From an uncultured Schwartzia sp. (GTDB taxonomy: Bacteria; Bacillota; Negativicutes; Selenomonadales; Selenomonadaceae), in NCBI GenBank assembly GCA_905373705.1, contig CAJPUA010000001.1, positions 1 through 34,398 of the forward strand: a DNA stretch of 34,398 nt. Direction: 5' to 3'. The translations under genes were made by a program, and so were the position numbers. Below the pieces are notes generated by a model, which saw only the letters and a program-made list of their open reading frames with translations, did not search any database and was not told the DNA's origin. Each line of letters opens with the position of its first letter. Within the stretch, counting starts at the first letter, position 1. Below are positions 34,119-34,398 of this stretch, in pieces.

Positions 34119-34186
34119 CCGCGTGCCGCCGTAGGCGGTCGCGGACGGGCGCACCCCCTGGGGGGTGCTGGCCCGCGCCGAAGGCG
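34119..34186. other. GC-rich block of three consecutive hairpins in an AT-rich context
   Basis: Hairpin 1: 34119-34130/34134-34144 (5+5 bp with a bulge). Hairpin 2: 34147-34174 (core GCACCCCC/GGGGGTGC). Hairpin 3: CGCC-GAA-GGCG (34176-34186). Confidence 0.5.
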
Positions 34187-34221
34187 GGGGGGAGTTTGAG
34201 GAACTTTTAGGTTTGGAAAAG

Positions 34222-34230
34222 TTGTCCACA
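34222..34230 (+). promoter_or_regulatory. DnaA-box-like sequence TTGTCCACA
   Basis: Matches 8 of 9 positions of TTATCCACA. Confidence 0.4.
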
Positions 34231-34332
34231 GGTGACTTGTCCTTTTTATACCTCTTTTAAAGATCCTTTTAAATACCTTTTAGGCGTTTTTGACTAATGT
34301 TATCAATGCTTGGAAATAGATAATTTATGGCA

Positions 34333-34341
34333 TGTGGATAA
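34333..34341 (-). promoter_or_regulatory. Consensus DnaA box (TGTGGATAA, the complement of TTATCCACA)
   Basis: Perfect 9-mer lying 2 nt (34342-34343) before the iterons. Confidence 0.55.
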
Positions 34342-34343
34342 CT

Positions 34344-34398
34344 GAATAAAAGGATGCTTTGGGGCGAATAAAAGGATGCTTTGGGGCGAATAAAAGGA
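34344..34398 (+). repeat. Tandem 22-bp direct repeats (iterons), truncated by the window edge
   Basis: GAATAAAAGGATGCTTTGGGGC at 34344-34365 and 34366-34387 (identical). A third copy starts at 34388 and runs off the window. Confidence 0.8.

Noticed and set aside
34344-34398. A possible CRISPR array linked to the IscB gene.
   Set aside because: The 22-bp repeats are directly contiguous with no spacers, lie 30 kb from iscB and sit beside DnaA boxes. They are iterons. No repeat-spacer array exists anywhere in the window.
1-34398. tRNA, rRNA, integrase/recombinase, toxin-antitoxin pairs and classical defence systems (restriction endonuclease partner for the methylase, Abi and similar).
   Set aside because: I scanned ORF translations and intergenic regions and saw no cloverleaf-like sequences, no tyrosine or serine recombinase motifs, and no separate endonuclease gene next to the methylase-helicase. 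Nothing could be supported.

Overview
This window is about 34 kb of conjugative plasmid (or ICE) backbone with IncP/Ti-like organisation. From left to right it holds a minus-strand leader operon: an iscB-like gene, two traK-like genes, traL and a membrane protein. An AT-rich operator and a hairpin-rich candidate oriT follow. The plus-strand relaxase operon comes next: mobC, a traI-type relaxase, a tnpV-like gene and a roughly 1,840-aa N6-methyltransferase/SNF2-helicase fusion. After that come traG (coupling protein), traF (pilin peptidase) and an Lnt-like traB, flanked by two copies of a duplicated two-gene module. On the minus strand are a membrane-anchored protein, topoisomerase III and a complete P-type trbB-C-D-E-J-L-F-G-I type IV secretion operon. 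The right end is an AT-rich parA/partition/HTH module carrying an 11-bp palindromic box, and then the start of an iteron/DnaA-box replication origin. The stand-out is an apparently intact 431-aa IscB-type nuclease (PLMP, split RuvC, HNH) at 2255-3550 on the minus strand. A roughly 250-300 nt highly structured non-coding region lies directly upstream of it and is a candidate omega-RNA. No CRISPR array, cas1/2 or tnpA is present, and the unit sits between oriT and traK at the head of the leader operon. Other points worth a second look:
- a coding-frame switch at the 5' end of the giant methylase-helicase
- a module duplicated around traG-traF
- a beta-rich module shared by three proteins
- shared dyad operators in the mob and trb promoters
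- a perfect 28-bp inverted repeat
- two plus-strand promoter-to-terminator mini-units in otherwise minus-strand territory
- a GC-rich triple hairpin next to the origin
All calls come from reading the sequence and from remembered family motifs. No database search was run.
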